The notes under the pieces: model-generated | Told to the model about the DNA's origin: nothing | Database searches by the model: none | Seen by the model: only the letters and a program-made list of their open reading frames with translations | In this document: in pieces, positions 62,388 through 64,000 of the stretch | How the letters are laid out: every line of letters starts with the position of its first letter | How positions within the stretch are numbered: the first letter of the stretch is position 1 | Source of the DNA: Octopus sinensis | Lineage: Eukaryota | Direction: 5' to 3' | DNA: 64,000 nt | Assembly (NCBI RefSeq): GCF_006345805.1 | Contig: NC_043005.1 | Location: 18,662,001-18,726,000, forward strand | Program-made: the position numbers and the translations under genes

Positions 62388-63257
62388 GTGTGTGTGTGTG
62401 TATGTGTGTGTATGTGTGTATGTGTGTGTGTGTGTGTATATATATTATGTATTATGTATTATATATTATATATTGTATGCATGTCCAGATGTAAATCTTT
62501 ATGTTTATATACATGTGTGTGTTCCTGTTCGCTCTTTATTGCATATTCGTATATATTAATATACGAGTTTAAACAAGGATTAACGTACCGATACAAAGAA
62601 TATATAAATGAGAAACAAGGAGACTATGACAAACACCCAGGGAAAACTGATTCAGTTCCCTCTTCCCCTTCCCTCTTCAAAAGGCTGCCAAACTAAATCA
62701 CTTACTTAGAAATCATCCTCAACATCAGACCCTCTCCCAGTCTGGAAAGTTTATATTATCACACGTTTATATTATAATGCCATTTTGAAACTGTTTTGAA
62801 TTTTAGTACTTGATAACATTATGTCTCAGCTGTGTTTCTGAGCTTACAATGTCTTTATGTTATTATATAATGTTAAGCAAATCGACACGTCATTCAATTC
62901 CCACAAATCATTTTAAAGCTATGTGTTGTTTACATTTATAATCTGTAAGTTTGAGAAATAATTTCGATTTAATGTTGATAAACAAACGTTGAACGGTGAG
63001 TACATAATGTTTAAGTTAATGAACAACATGAAATGAAGAAATACAAAGAGTTCTCATATGTGGAGAACACAAATATACGTAGTTTAATGATTGAACCAAA
63101 AGTGTCGACTAGAAGATATGGGTTTGCGTTCAGCCAATACACACACTTCTCGTTACTTCTCGAAATTGTACAATTTTATTGATACTTTTCATTATTACAG
63201 CCTACCCCACTACTGAGGCAACGAAGGAGGCTTAGAGTGCGTATTTACAAAACTAAT

Positions 63258-63633
63258 GTGGAAGCGCAATGGCTCAGTGGTTAGGACAGCGGACTCGCGG
63301 TCGTAGGATCGCAGTTTCGATTCCCAGACCTGGCGTTGTGTCAACTGAGCGAAAACACCTAAAGCTCCATAAGGCTCCGGCGGGGAGGGGGTGGCAAACC
63401 CTGCTGCATTCTTTCACCAAAACTTTCTCTCACTCTTTCTCCTGTTTCTGCTGCACCTGAATTTTAAAGGGCCAGCCTTGTCACACCCTACGTCAAGCTG
63501 AATCTCCCCGAGAACTACGTTAAGGGTACACGTGTCTGTGGAGTGCTCAGCCACTTGCACGTTAATTTCACGAGCAGACTGTTCTGTTGATCCGATCAAC
63601 TGGAACCTTGTTCGTCTTAACCGACGGAGTACC
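63258..63633 (+). mobile_element. SINE head A + tail X
   Basis: Collinear with 1568 and 39703. Confidence 0.9.
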
Positions 63634-63963
63634 ACAAAAAGTATAATCTAAACCTAGATGATTGTCAAACACCATGCCGCTATCGCCTCAGTTGTTCCCA
63701 TTAAAATATTCTATTTAATGGGAACAAACTGTTCCCATTAAAAAAAAAGGTGTTGTCGCTGCTGTTTTTGTTTTCGTCGCACCCGTATCATTCTTAACTG
63801 CGTGAACCAATAGTCAAAGATGGACAAATCATGATCGCAGCATCTCTTTTAATGAATGACAAATGTTCCCAGGATTTTATTAGCTTGGACATGGAAGCTT
63901 CGGTCCCTTTTATTGAAAGTTGCATGTATGATCTGAGAAAGATTTGGCTGTTATTTCTTGCAG

Positions 63964-63985
63964 GTTGAGCGATCTCAAGGCACCA
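63964..63985 (+). other. Candidate 22-nt microexon
   Basis: gttatttcttgcag|GTTGAGCGATCTCAAGGCACCA|gtaagt. Both splice sites are near consensus, but there is no homology evidence. Confidence 0.35.
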
Positions 63986-64000
63986 GTAAGTTATAAAAGT

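Overview
Eukaryotic, AT-rich, repeat-dense genomic DNA. The SINE repertoire and microsatellite load look like an Octopus genome (inference from recognition, not a database hit). There is one 100-N assembly gap. The only well-supported gene is the 3' end of an SLC6 (sodium/chloride:neurotransmitter or amino-acid symporter) gene on +, with three exons at 607-707, 14217-14381 and 21239-21385 (stop). A CpG-rich ETS/E-box/YY1 cluster at about 51.4 kb and a 22-nt candidate microexon at the window end may belong to a second gene. The rest is transposon debris: several tRNA-derived SINE families (labelled A-D here, with head/tail module swapping), mariner/Tc1 remnants, Penelope-like, RTE, R4/Dong-like and L1/Tx1-like LINE fragments, two non-autonomous Helitrons, MITEs and microsatellites. 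Nearly all long ORFs in the supplied track are microsatellite translations. The most interesting signals are four hammerhead-ribozyme-like motifs of three types (including a repeated non-canonical core), a combinatorial SINE head/tail system with TSD-verified chimeras, a 41-bp hairpin with A-C mismatches just downstream of the SLC6 stop codon, and a STAT/kB-motif minisatellite.
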